The position numbers were made by a program, and so were the translations under genes. Shown piece by piece: positions 1 through 6,261 of a stretch of 21,735 bases of DNA. The notes beneath the pieces are model-generated. The model was not told the DNA's origin. It saw only the letters and a list, made by a program, of their open reading frames with translations, and ran no database searches. The DNA is from a candidate division WOR-3 bacterium (lineage in GTDB: Bacteria > Hydrothermota > Tepidihabitantia > Tepidihabitantales > JAOUPE01). The stretch covers positions 1 through 21,735 of the forward strand of contig JBDRUX010000034.1 in assembly GCA_039801565.1 (NCBI GenBank). The letters run 5' to 3'. The number at the start of each line of letters is the position of its first letter. Position 1 is the stretch's first letter.

Positions 1-97
1 TTGGTTTGGCGCCAGGGGTGTTCCCACCCCTGGGTCTCTTCTGTTTTCTCGTCATATTTATCCTTTCTCCATTTTGCAGACATTATAGCACATAACT
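1..97 (-). mobile_element. Probable left end (IRL) of an IS256-family element running off the window
   Basis: Reverse complement of 74-97 (AGTTATGTGCTATAATGTCTGCAA) matches 21489-21512 (GGTCAAGTAACAGATTGTCTGCAA), the end of the IS256 transposase copy, at 16/24 with a shared TGTCTGCAA core. It contains TGnTATAAT, then AAAGGA + ATG at 55 (MTRKQKRP...), and a 9-bp GC-rich hairpin at 12-33. Confidence 0.6.
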
Positions 98-135
98 ATA
101 AAAGAAAACTTATTAAATGAAGCAGTATGGGAACT

Positions 136-339
136 AACTTCCCAAGCGACCTGCTGGGCTACCTACTGGGTTGCTCCCCAGGTTGCTTCCCAAGTTGCCT
201 ACCGGGTCGCTTCCGAGGTCGCCTACGAAGTTGCTCCCCAACCTGCCTACCAACCAACCCCCTAACTTGCTCCCCAACCAACTCCCAAGGCAGCCTACGG
301 GGTAGCTTAGGGGGTAGCCTACGGAGTCACCCCCTAAGC
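136..339. repeat. Tandem array of 17 degenerate 12-bp units, consensus N-RCYY-NNN-RRGY (quasi-palindromic)
   Basis: Units in strict phase from 136: aacttcccaagc gacctgctgggc tacctactgggt tgctccccaggt tgcttcccaagt tgcctaccgggt cgcttccgaggt cgcctacgaagt tgctccccaacc tgcctaccaacc aaccccctaact tgctccccaacc aactcccaaggc agcctacggggt agcttagggggt agcctacggagt caccccctaagc. All 17 have RCYY; 13 end in RRGY and 4 in AACY. Confidence 0.9.
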
Positions 340-417
340 GATACCCCCTCCCTAATGCAAAATTAGCGTAACCGACGGAAGACCAACACGATAGACGAAA
401 AAATCGGTCATTTTTAG

Positions 418-435
418 GTTGAAATATATTTCAAC
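418..435. promoter_or_regulatory. Perfect 18-bp palindrome GTTGAAATATATTTCAAC, possible operator or protein-binding site
   Basis: The palindrome is seen directly; its function is inferred. Confidence 0.45.
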
Positions 436-532
436 TTTTCTGCCACAAAATACCAATAAGAAACGCCCAGATTGAAAGTTTAAAACTCGTTTAAATGGTA
501 TAAATTGAATATCCAATGTTGGGCAATAGTTC

Positions 533-560
533 TTGACTTTAGAAATCTCTTAACTATTTT
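533..560 (+). promoter_or_regulatory. Putative sigma70-type promoter for the PolX-like gene (likely leaderless)
   Basis: TTGACT(533-538)-N16-TATTTT(555-560), ATG at 566, no Shine-Dalgarno. Confidence 0.5.
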
Positions 561-565
561 TACTT

Positions 566-1009
566 ATGAGTAAAATTAAAACCCGAATTAGTTGGTCAGA
601 AGCTAATCAAATTGTAAAAGAAGCAAGCCGAAAATTGCGTGCCCAAAATATTAAATTCGCCTTTGCCGGTAGTTGGGCACGAAAAGAAGCAACCTGTGGC
701 GACCTTGACCTTTTAGTCTTAGAAAAAGATAAAGAATTAGTGAAAGGATTGTTAAAAGATATTCCGGGTAGTGAAAGAATCGAAATCTATGGTGCCAAGA
801 AAGATGATTGGGAGAGCCAATTATTATATCTCTATGGTAGTGGTAACTTCAATATTATGATGCGGGCTTTAGCCAAAAGAAAAGGTTATCTTTTAAGCCA
901 GTACGGTCTTTTTGACCGCAAGACCAATAAGCGTATCACAACTAACGAAAAGAAAATCTTTAAAATTTTAGGTCTGAACTGGATTCCACCAGAGCAAAGA
1001 AAATTATAA
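566..1009 (+). CDS. Minimal stand-alone DNA polymerase X / pol beta-family nucleotidyltransferase (palm + C-terminal domain only)
   Basis: AGSWARK..CGDLDLL (GS-x-x-R plus DxD), RIEIY at the third-carboxylate strand, LLYLYGS..FN..MRALAKRKGYLLSQYGLF, and E..IF..LGL.WIPPEQR, the typical PolX C-terminus. No 8-kDa lyase, HhH or PHP domain. Confidence 0.88.
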   Translation: MSKIKTRISWSEANQIVKEASRKLRAQNIKFAFAGSWARKEATCGDLDLLVLEKDKELVKGLLKDIPGSERIEIYGAKKDDWESQLLYLYGSGNFNIMMRALAKRKGYLLSQYGLFDRKTNKRITTNEKKIFKILGLNWIPPEQRKL

Positions 1010-1083
1010 CGAATTTTACGAATGATAGCGAATTCATCGAATAGTTATTCATTCGGCTTATTCGGTGTCATTTGGATTATTCG
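1010..1083. repeat. Periodic inverted repeat: 4x CGAAT mirrored by 4x ATTCG; possible bidirectional terminator or REP-like element
   Basis: CGAAT at 1010, 1019, 1029, 1038; ATTCG at 1051, 1060, 1070 (ATTTG) and 1079. Spacings are 9/10/9 on both arms. It lies between convergent genes. Confidence 0.75.
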
Positions 1084-1768
1084 CTAACAAAATTTTATAC
1101 ATCTTCTGGGCATTCTTTAGCATATTGTGATTGTTGTTAAAGTAAACATATACTGCCTTAGGTTTGACTGCCCGAACTCGACTGACAATTTCTTTTAGCT
1201 CGGCATCGGAGTAATTATGCGAATACCAACCAGTTCGGCCGTGCATCCTTAAATATACTTTGTCGGTAGTCTTATAGATTGTATTAGGAAATTCTGGGGC
1301 ATCAATTGAGACCCAAGTGATATTTAACTCCTTTGCCCAATCCAACATTGCTGGGTCAAACCATTGGTCATTTCGTGGTTCTAAGGCAAACCTTTTTGCT
1401 AATTTGATTTTCTTGATAAAATCGGTAAGTCGTCCAATCGCTTTGGGTGTATAATTCGGTGGGAGTTGAAAAAGATAGAAATCAATAAAATCGTCTAATG
1501 GTTTAAATAATTCAACAAATCTCTGCCAAGTTGCTTCTCCACGCTCGCTAAATTTAAAAGTGTGGGTGATAAGCCGATTCACTTTCACTGCCCAGCGTAA
1601 GCCTTTGCCCTTCTTTGCCCAAGTTTTTATTTGGTTAGGAAATGGGAAACGATAAAATGAAGCATTAAGTTCAATGCTATTAAGTCCGGAATTGGCGATA
1701 TACCAATCCAATGTGCTATCAATATTCCAATCGTAATACCAACCCGAAGTGCCAACAAAGACTTTCAC
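1058..1768 (-). CDS. DUF72 (YecE-like) TIM-barrel protein
   Basis: VGTSGW, IELNASFYRFP, AVKVNRLITH, LFQLPP, ALEPR..W, YLRMHG and YVYFNN motifs. Start moved to GTG at 1768, just after the hicA stop, instead of 1843, which overlaps hicA. Confidence 0.92.
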   Translation of the reverse strand: MKVFVGTSGWYYDWNIDSTLDWYIANSGLNSIELNASFYRFPFPNQIKTWAKKGKGLRWAVKVNRLITHTFKFSERGEATWQRFVELFKPLDDFIDFYLFQLPPNYTPKAIGRLTDFIKKIKLAKRFALEPRNDQWFDPAMLDWAKELNITWVSIDAPEFPNTIYKTTDKVYLRMHGRTGWYSHNYSDAELKEIVSRVRAVKPKAVYVYFNNNHNMLKNAQKMYKILLANNPNDTE

Positions 1769-1772
1769 AAAA

Positions 1773-1991
1773 TTATAGCTTTTGCCAAAGCTTTTTATCA
1801 ATCTTTGCTTGTTTAAGGATTCGAGCCAGTAATTCTCTGCCAATCTCAGTTTGATGAGGATTAGGAATTCTTAAGACAATTTGGCCTTTTAGCATAAATC
1901 GATGTTTCTTCCCAGAATATGGTCCATCGAATCCTAATTTTCTTAGATAATGTATCAATTCTTTTCTTTTTATTAGCCCAAAATGGGGCAT
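1773..1991 (-). CDS. hicA: HicA-family type II toxin (mRNA interferase)
   Basis: 72 aa and basic; L.KLGF.GPYSGKKH.FM.KG....IPNPH..EI...LL.RIL.QA pattern; TAATG-coupled to upstream hicB. Confidence 0.88.
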   Translation of the reverse strand: MPHFGLIKRKELIHYLRKLGFDGPYSGKKHRFMLKGQIVLRIPNPHQTEIGRELLARILKQAKIDKKLWQKL

Positions 1992-2233
1992 TAAACCACT
2001 TTCTTAATTTTCAAACTAATACCACCGACCTTTGGTAAAGGCAAATTACGAGATATTTTAAAGAAAATCCATTCTTCTAAAACTTCTTCTAATTCCTTTC
2101 GACACTCTTCCAAATTTCTGGCATTAGCATAGACACCGTCAAAGCCCGGAATTGTTCCATAATAAGATTTGTCATCCGGCAGGATTTCGTATTTAGCCTT
2201 TTTCATTGCGGCACGGATATATTCGGTTAACAT
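1991..2233 (-). CDS. hicB: HicB-family antitoxin (short form, no DNA-binding domain)
   Basis: MLTEYI.AAM..A.YEIL.DD..YYG.IPGF.GV.A....LEEC..EL.EVLE.W; SD AAAGGAG. Confidence 0.9.
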   Translation of the reverse strand: MLTEYIRAAMKKAKYEILPDDKSYYGTIPGFDGVYANARNLEECRKELEEVLEEWIFFKISRNLPLPKVGGISLKIKKVV

Positions 2234-2271
2234 TTTATCTCCTTTCTACTTCTTTTTTGACCATCGTCTTT

Positions 2272-2299
2272 ATTTTATTATCGGTTATTCTTTTGTCAA
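2272..2299 (-). promoter_or_regulatory. Putative sigma70 promoter of hicB-hicA-DUF72
   Basis: TTGACA(2299-2294)-N16-TAAAAT(2277-2272). Confidence 0.65.
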
Positions 2300-2360
2300 G
2301 GGGACGGCGATATTTTAATACCTAATTTTCAAATTATTATTTGTTTTATCAATTAAACTC

Positions 2361-3239
2361 TTATATCATAGCCGAATTTCTTATGTGAACTATCTCTTCT
2401 TTCAATTTCTTTAACTGCTTCCGTTGGGACGGGGTAATCTTTTCTTTGACTAAAGCCTTTAGCAAAGTAATTGCATTTTTAATCCCCAGCTCCATAAATA
2501 AGCGATGATTGATTGGGAAACCCCAGTCTTTTAGTGGCTTACCAGAAAGTTGTTCAATCTTTTCTTGGCAGACCGCCAATATTTTTTCTAAGTCGCCAAT
2601 CACCGCATCGAATTTTTTTAGTTCAAAAAATGCTTTAGCGCGCAAGGCATAGAAAAGCTCAGGGTCGTAACAATGGGGTTTTTTAAGCCCTTCGGAAAGG
2701 TCTTCGATAGCCTTTTCATACTCGCCAATTTTAAAAAAGAGTCGTGCCCGGTTATAATAAATAAGGCGTTGATTGGGATTGAGCTTTAATGCCTCAGCAT
2801 AATCAGCTAAAGCTTTATCATACATTTCAACTTGAGAGTAGGCGTTGGCTCGATTCATAAGCATAGCATCATTCTCGGGTTCGGTCTCAAGATTGGCTTG
2901 CAGGAAATCATCAAAAACTGCCCAATCCATTATCCTATGGAGTAAGCCAATAAAATTAGTATCAACTACTATCTCAGTTCCATCCAAGCATTCTAAATTC
3001 ATTTTTAACTGTTCATATGCCTTTCGGATGGTTTCAAATTCGAATTTAGATTCGGATTTTTCTTCAGGAAGGTGAAAATTTATTAACTTTTCAACTAAGT
3101 CCAAATTTAGAATTACCTTGCCATTTCTTGGAATTAGACCATCTTGTTTCATCGCTTTGAGCAGTTTTCGCTCGTAGTCTCTTTGGCTCTTTAGATATTC
3201 TTGTTCGGATTTCAGTGGTGCATCATAGCGTTTAATCAT
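2361..3239 (-). CDS. Tetratricopeptide-repeat protein with uncharacterised N-terminal region
   Basis: About three TPRs: NRANAY...YDKALADY.EALKLNP, YYNRA.LF...GEYEKAIEDL, YALRAKAF..LKKFDAVIGDL. Confidence 0.8.
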   Translation of the reverse strand: MIKRYDAPLKSEQEYLKSQRDYERKLLKAMKQDGLIPRNGKVILNLDLVEKLINFHLPEEKSESKFEFETIRKAYEQLKMNLECLDGTEIVVDTNFIGLLHRIMDWAVFDDFLQANLETEPENDAMLMNRANAYSQVEMYDKALADYAEALKLNPNQRLIYYNRARLFFKIGEYEKAIEDLSEGLKKPHCYDPELFYALRAKAFFELKKFDAVIGDLEKILAVCQEKIEQLSGKPLKDWGFPINHRLFMELGIKNAITLLKALVKEKITPSQRKQLKKLKEEIVHIRNSAMI

Positions 3240-3242
3240 AGC

Positions 3243-4040
3243 TCAAACCACCTCTAATTTAACCGTACCATCTTCGGTTGTTGGGATGGCAATTAAATAA
3301 CCTTTCTTGATATTGAAAAGTTTAACATAAAACTCAAATTCTTCTTTCAAATCTTGTAACTTTTCTTCCTTATCATAGAATTCAACTTTTGCTATTTCTC
3401 CTTTTGGGAATATGAAATCGAAGTCGTAGCTACTAACCTTATGGCATTTGTAGAGGATGTCGTAACTGCCTTTAGAAAACTCGATACCGCAAAGTCTTAA
3501 CTCAACACCAATTGCTGAAGGAAAAAGATTTTCTGCATTTTCGCTGTAAGTAAACTCTATACCAAAGTATTCAAAGACCGCTTCGGCACTTTCTTGTAGG
3601 GAATTCTTAATATTAACTGTGGTTTTTTGTTTTGGCTTTACTACGGTTATATCAAATAGCTTCTTCGGTTTCTCTACTTTTTCTAATAAGACTTCGTCAC
3701 CGAAACTCAAGACTGCGCCCTGGTCAATATTTAAAGAGACCATATAGACTTGGGCTTGTCGTCTATGTGGTTCGGCAATCTTTTTACCCACTTTCAATTC
3801 GAGGACTGTCTCTTTACCACCTTTACTGCACCATAAGGGGTTAATGATTAAGTCGGCTCTGCCATCGCTAACTTTATAGCCTTTATAAAAAATCTCAAAA
3901 TTCCTTTGTCGCTCGTAAGGTATTTTTCTAATCCTTAACTCATGGGCTAACGCTTCTTCATATTCTCCTTCTTTATAACCATTTCCTAAGACATTTAAAA
4001 CTTCTCTTGCTGCCTTTTCAACTTCTTTTAAATAATCCAT
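3243..4040 (-). CDS. GxxExxY (PD-(D/E)xK_3) nuclease-like protein with a second, degenerate GxxExxY domain
   Basis: EV..VLG.GYKEGEYEEAL.HEL, YKG.....RADLII, LELK, Q...Y, G.VLSFG. The C-terminal half repeats the pattern (A.AVF.YFG...A..VEL...I...YK..KV...DF...G.LI). SD AAAGGA. Confidence 0.85.
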   Translation of the reverse strand: MDYLKEVEKAAREVLNVLGNGYKEGEYEEALAHELRIRKIPYERQRNFEIFYKGYKVSDGRADLIINPLWCSKGGKETVLELKVGKKIAEPHRRQAQVYMVSLNIDQGAVLSFGDEVLLEKVEKPKKLFDITVVKPKQKTTVNIKNSLQESAEAVFEYFGIEFTYSENAENLFPSAIGVELRLCGIEFSKGSYDILYKCHKVSSYDFDFIFPKGEIAKVEFYDKEEKLQDLKEEFEFYVKLFNIKKGYLIAIPTTEDGTVKLEVV

Positions 4041-4052
4041 AAAATTTCCTTT

Positions 4053-4200
4053 CTAATCATTAAAATGGTCAAAAAACTTTCCCAAAAATCTCCAGAAAGC
4101 ATTAAGCATTCCCCAAATAATCACAATCCAAATTATAATCCCAATACCACATAAGTATCACGATAAGCCAAACAAGCCAAAGAGGTATATCATTATCTTC
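4053..4200 (-). pseudogene. Possible decayed small membrane-protein gene
   Basis: Two hydrophobic stretches in adjacent frames (DIPLWLVWLIVIL / GIGIIIWIVIIWGMLNAFWRFLGKFFDHFND*), joinable by one frameshift; stops upstream; ends just before the SD of the next gene. Confidence 0.3.
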
Positions 4201-4382
4201 TTTCCCTTCACAACCTTAGCCAAGTCTATTAAAACTTTTCTCGCTTAATAGAGCCCTTAAACTAAAAATTCAGTTCAAGCTTTCTTCCTTAAGTCTTAAT
4301 AAACTTCTTTAAATCCTCCATCTTCATTTAACGACTTCTCAAAAACTACCCTTTCGATAAGGAAACATCATTATCTTTAATC

Positions 4383-4820
4383 TTATTTAGTTATTTCATC
4401 CTGTTTATTTTTCTTTTCAGAAAAGAAATTTTTAATTGTTGTTATTATTTCTTCAAGAACTCTGTCTAAGTCGCTATCGTGGATTTTGATTTTTTTCGTT
4501 TCCCATTCTCGGGGTTTCGTTTGCGTCTTAATCTCAATATATCCATCTTTAAGCAATTTGCCCGAATAAATGATACGCGCTACCCTCTCCCCTTTTTTAA
4601 AATACACACCATTTCTTAAACTTAAGAGTTTATCAAGAAGTGTATCCTTCCATGTTTCTTGATTAAATGTTAAACCGCTATCTTTTACTTTTTCAAGTAA
4701 AGATTCAGAAAAGATATTTATTTCATTGCAGAATTGTGCCAAGGCTTCTCCTATGACATCCCAATTTTCCAAAACCAAATTGGTAAATTCGCAATTAAAG
4801 ATTCCTTTTTCTTCTGACAT
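4383..4820 (-). CDS. Hypothetical protein
   Basis: 145-aa ORF, SD GGAGG, starts 1 nt after the stop of the nuclease gene; no family recognised. Confidence 0.7.
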   Translation of the reverse strand: MSEEKGIFNCEFTNLVLENWDVIGEALAQFCNEINIFSESLLEKVKDSGLTFNQETWKDTLLDKLLSLRNGVYFKKGERVARIIYSGKLLKDGYIEIKTQTKPREWETKKIKIHDSDLDRVLEEIITTIKNFFSEKKNKQDEITK

Positions 4821-4821
4821 T

Positions 4822-5811
4822 TTATCCTCCCTTTTCTTTTTTTATTTTCATATAGATATCAAACAGCCTCTTTTTAGCCAAAATTTCATCTTTTTCGGGC
4901 AAATCTGATATGGTTTCAACAAAGAAAAATACTCGTTTAATAAATTGTTTTATTAGTTCTTTCACAAAAAATGTTGGAGCTTTTTCACATATCTCCGAAA
5001 GACATAGAGCAACTTCCCACCAACTCATTGGCTTGAACAATTTAAGTTCATTAAATTTTTCCTCATTAATTGGTTTTTTAAAACTCAAACAAATCCCGAA
5101 GCTATTTGGATACTCTTTATCCTCATAAATAGTTTTTTTAAATCCTTGATTTTCGTTCTCGTTATTTTTCTTTAATAGATTTTTGTTCTCGTTATTTTTG
5201 TTTAATAGTGTGCCTTCGTAGTTTTCAAGCTGCCTTTTAGACGGTCGGCTACGCAGTTTCATCTCCACTGCACAAAGAAAACTTTCACCTGTTATCATAA
5301 AGTCAATACTTTTTCCTTTTAAGGGAACTTCTTTTCCTATCTTACTGTTTATTAATTCACTTTCTATTTCTTTTTCCTTTTCTTTTTCCTTAGTGATTCT
5401 TTTTACAATATGATTCACAAACAATTTTGTAAATTCATATTTCAGACCGTGAGAACATTCTTTATCCAATAACCAAACTAAAAAATCTCTATAAATTTCT
5501 TCTTTATAACCAAATGCTTCAAAGATATTTGTTTCTCCTTCTTTAAATTCTGTCAATAACTTAAACAATTTCTTTTCGGTTTTATCCAAGCTTTCTACCT
5601 CATTGTATATTAACTGTTTTACATTATCAATAAAATTTTTGAAGCTATCAATTTTTGCTTTTTCAGCTTCCGTCTTTAATTTTCTAATATTTTTAACGAA
5701 ATTCTCAAATCTTTCGCATTTCCTCTGTGTTGCTTCTTTAAGCTCATTTATAAATATCTGAAATTTTTCAATCTTTTGGTTTTCGGTCATCATTTTAATT
5801 TCGGGAGACAT
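4822..5811 (-). CDS. PD-(D/E)xK nuclease family protein (PDDEXK_4-like) with helical-repeat N-terminus
   Basis: NIF....KE....FL.WLLD...SHGL..EF..LF, KEV....SIDF.I......VEMK......QLENY; SD GAGGA. Confidence 0.8.
   Translation of the reverse strand: MSPEIKMMTENQKIEKFQIFINELKEATQRKCERFENFVKNIRKLKTEAEKAKIDSFKNFIDNVKQLIYNEVESLDKTEKKLFKLLTEFKEGETNIFEAFGYKEEIYRDFLVWLLDKECSHGLKYEFTKLFVNHIVKRITKEKEKEKEIESELINSKIGKEVPLKGKSIDFMITGESFLCAVEMKLRSRPSKRQLENYEGTLLNKNNENKNLLKKNNENENQGFKKTIYEDKEYPNSFGICLSFKKPINEEKFNELKLFKPMSWWEVALCLSEICEKAPTFFVKELIKQFIKRVFFFVETISDLPEKDEILAKKRLFDIYMKIKKEKGG
5149..5208. repeat. 30-bp in-frame tandem duplication inside the nuclease gene
   Basis: 5149-5178 vs 5179-5208 identical at 28/30; encodes LLNKNNENKN / LLKKNNENEN. 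Confidence 0.85.
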
Positions 5812-5824
5812 TTATTAAAATTCC

Positions 5825-5926
5825 TCAGCTCATTTTATTATTTCTTATAGTTATGTCAAGAGAGACATCAAGTGCCTCGAGTTCTCGACGAGCAGAACGA
5901 GTGAAAGTAAGATTATAAACGTTCAC
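5825..5926 (-). pseudogene. Truncated RelE/ParE-family toxin
   Basis: GTG at 5926 overlaps the antitoxin end: MNVYNLTFTRSARRELEALDVSL matches the RelE N-terminal pattern Y.l.F.rsA.kEL..Ld. It then runs into promoter sequence and stops after 33 codons. Confidence 0.7.
5832..5859 (-). promoter_or_regulatory. Putative sigma70 promoter for the nuclease operon
   Basis: TTGACA(5859-5854)-N16-TAAAAT(5837-5832). Confidence 0.65.
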
Positions 5927-6110
5927 ACAGCCTACCTTGCTGGCGTAATCTCTCCTTTACTGATTTAAGAGATTCTCGAGGTTCGTTAGCGCGTAAACGA
6001 GCAGTTAAGCTGTCGTAAAAATCCTCCCAAAGCTCACCGTACTTTTTAAGGTCAATGAGAACTGCGGTCTTTTTACCTTTAGCATCTATTACAAACCTAA
6101 TGCCTTCCAT
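5913..6110 (-). CDS. Small putative antitoxin (partner of RelE-like toxin)
   Basis: 65 aa, I.FV.D.KGKKTAVLIDL...ELWED.YD pattern of small antitoxin-like proteins; SD AAGGAG; followed by an overlapping RelE remnant. Confidence 0.7.
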   Translation of the reverse strand: MEGIRFVIDAKGKKTAVLIDLKKYGELWEDFYDSLTARLRANEPRESLKSVKERLRQQGRLCERL

Positions 6111-6134
6111 TCCAACTCCTTTTTGATAATTGTT

Positions 6135-6161
6135 ATTTTATCTCTCATATGTCAGTGTCAA
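6135..6161 (-). promoter_or_regulatory. Putative promoter of the antitoxin gene
   Basis: TTGACA(6161-6156)-N15-TAAAAT(6140-6135); the spacer is short. Confidence 0.4.
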
Positions 6162-6227
6162 TCATAATAAAATTGGAAACTAACCAAAATCTTTATCACA
6201 ATTAAATTTAATCTCTCAAGCACTCTC

Positions 6228-6255
6228 TTGACAAATCCAATTTTTAATTTATCAT
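6228..6255 (+). promoter_or_regulatory. Putative sigma70 promoter for purN operon (leaderless)
   Basis: TTGACA(6228-6233)-N16-TATCAT(6250-6255), ATG at 6262, no SD. Confidence 0.65.
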
Positions 6256-6261
6256 CAATCA

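Noticed and set aside
136..339. CRISPR array or DGR template/variable repeat
   Set aside because: No constant repeat with unique spacers, no cas or reverse transcriptase gene, and no second copy differing only at adenines.
127..366. 79-aa ORF over the repeat array (a stop-free minus-strand frame at about 134-430 also exists)
   Set aside because: No SD, no conserved residues beyond what the nucleotide pattern forces, and open frames on both strands are expected from a GC-rich 12-nt period. Not excluded, but unsupported.
1769..1843. N-terminal extension of DUF72 in the ORF track
   Set aside because: Overlaps hicA; family similarity begins at GTG 1768.
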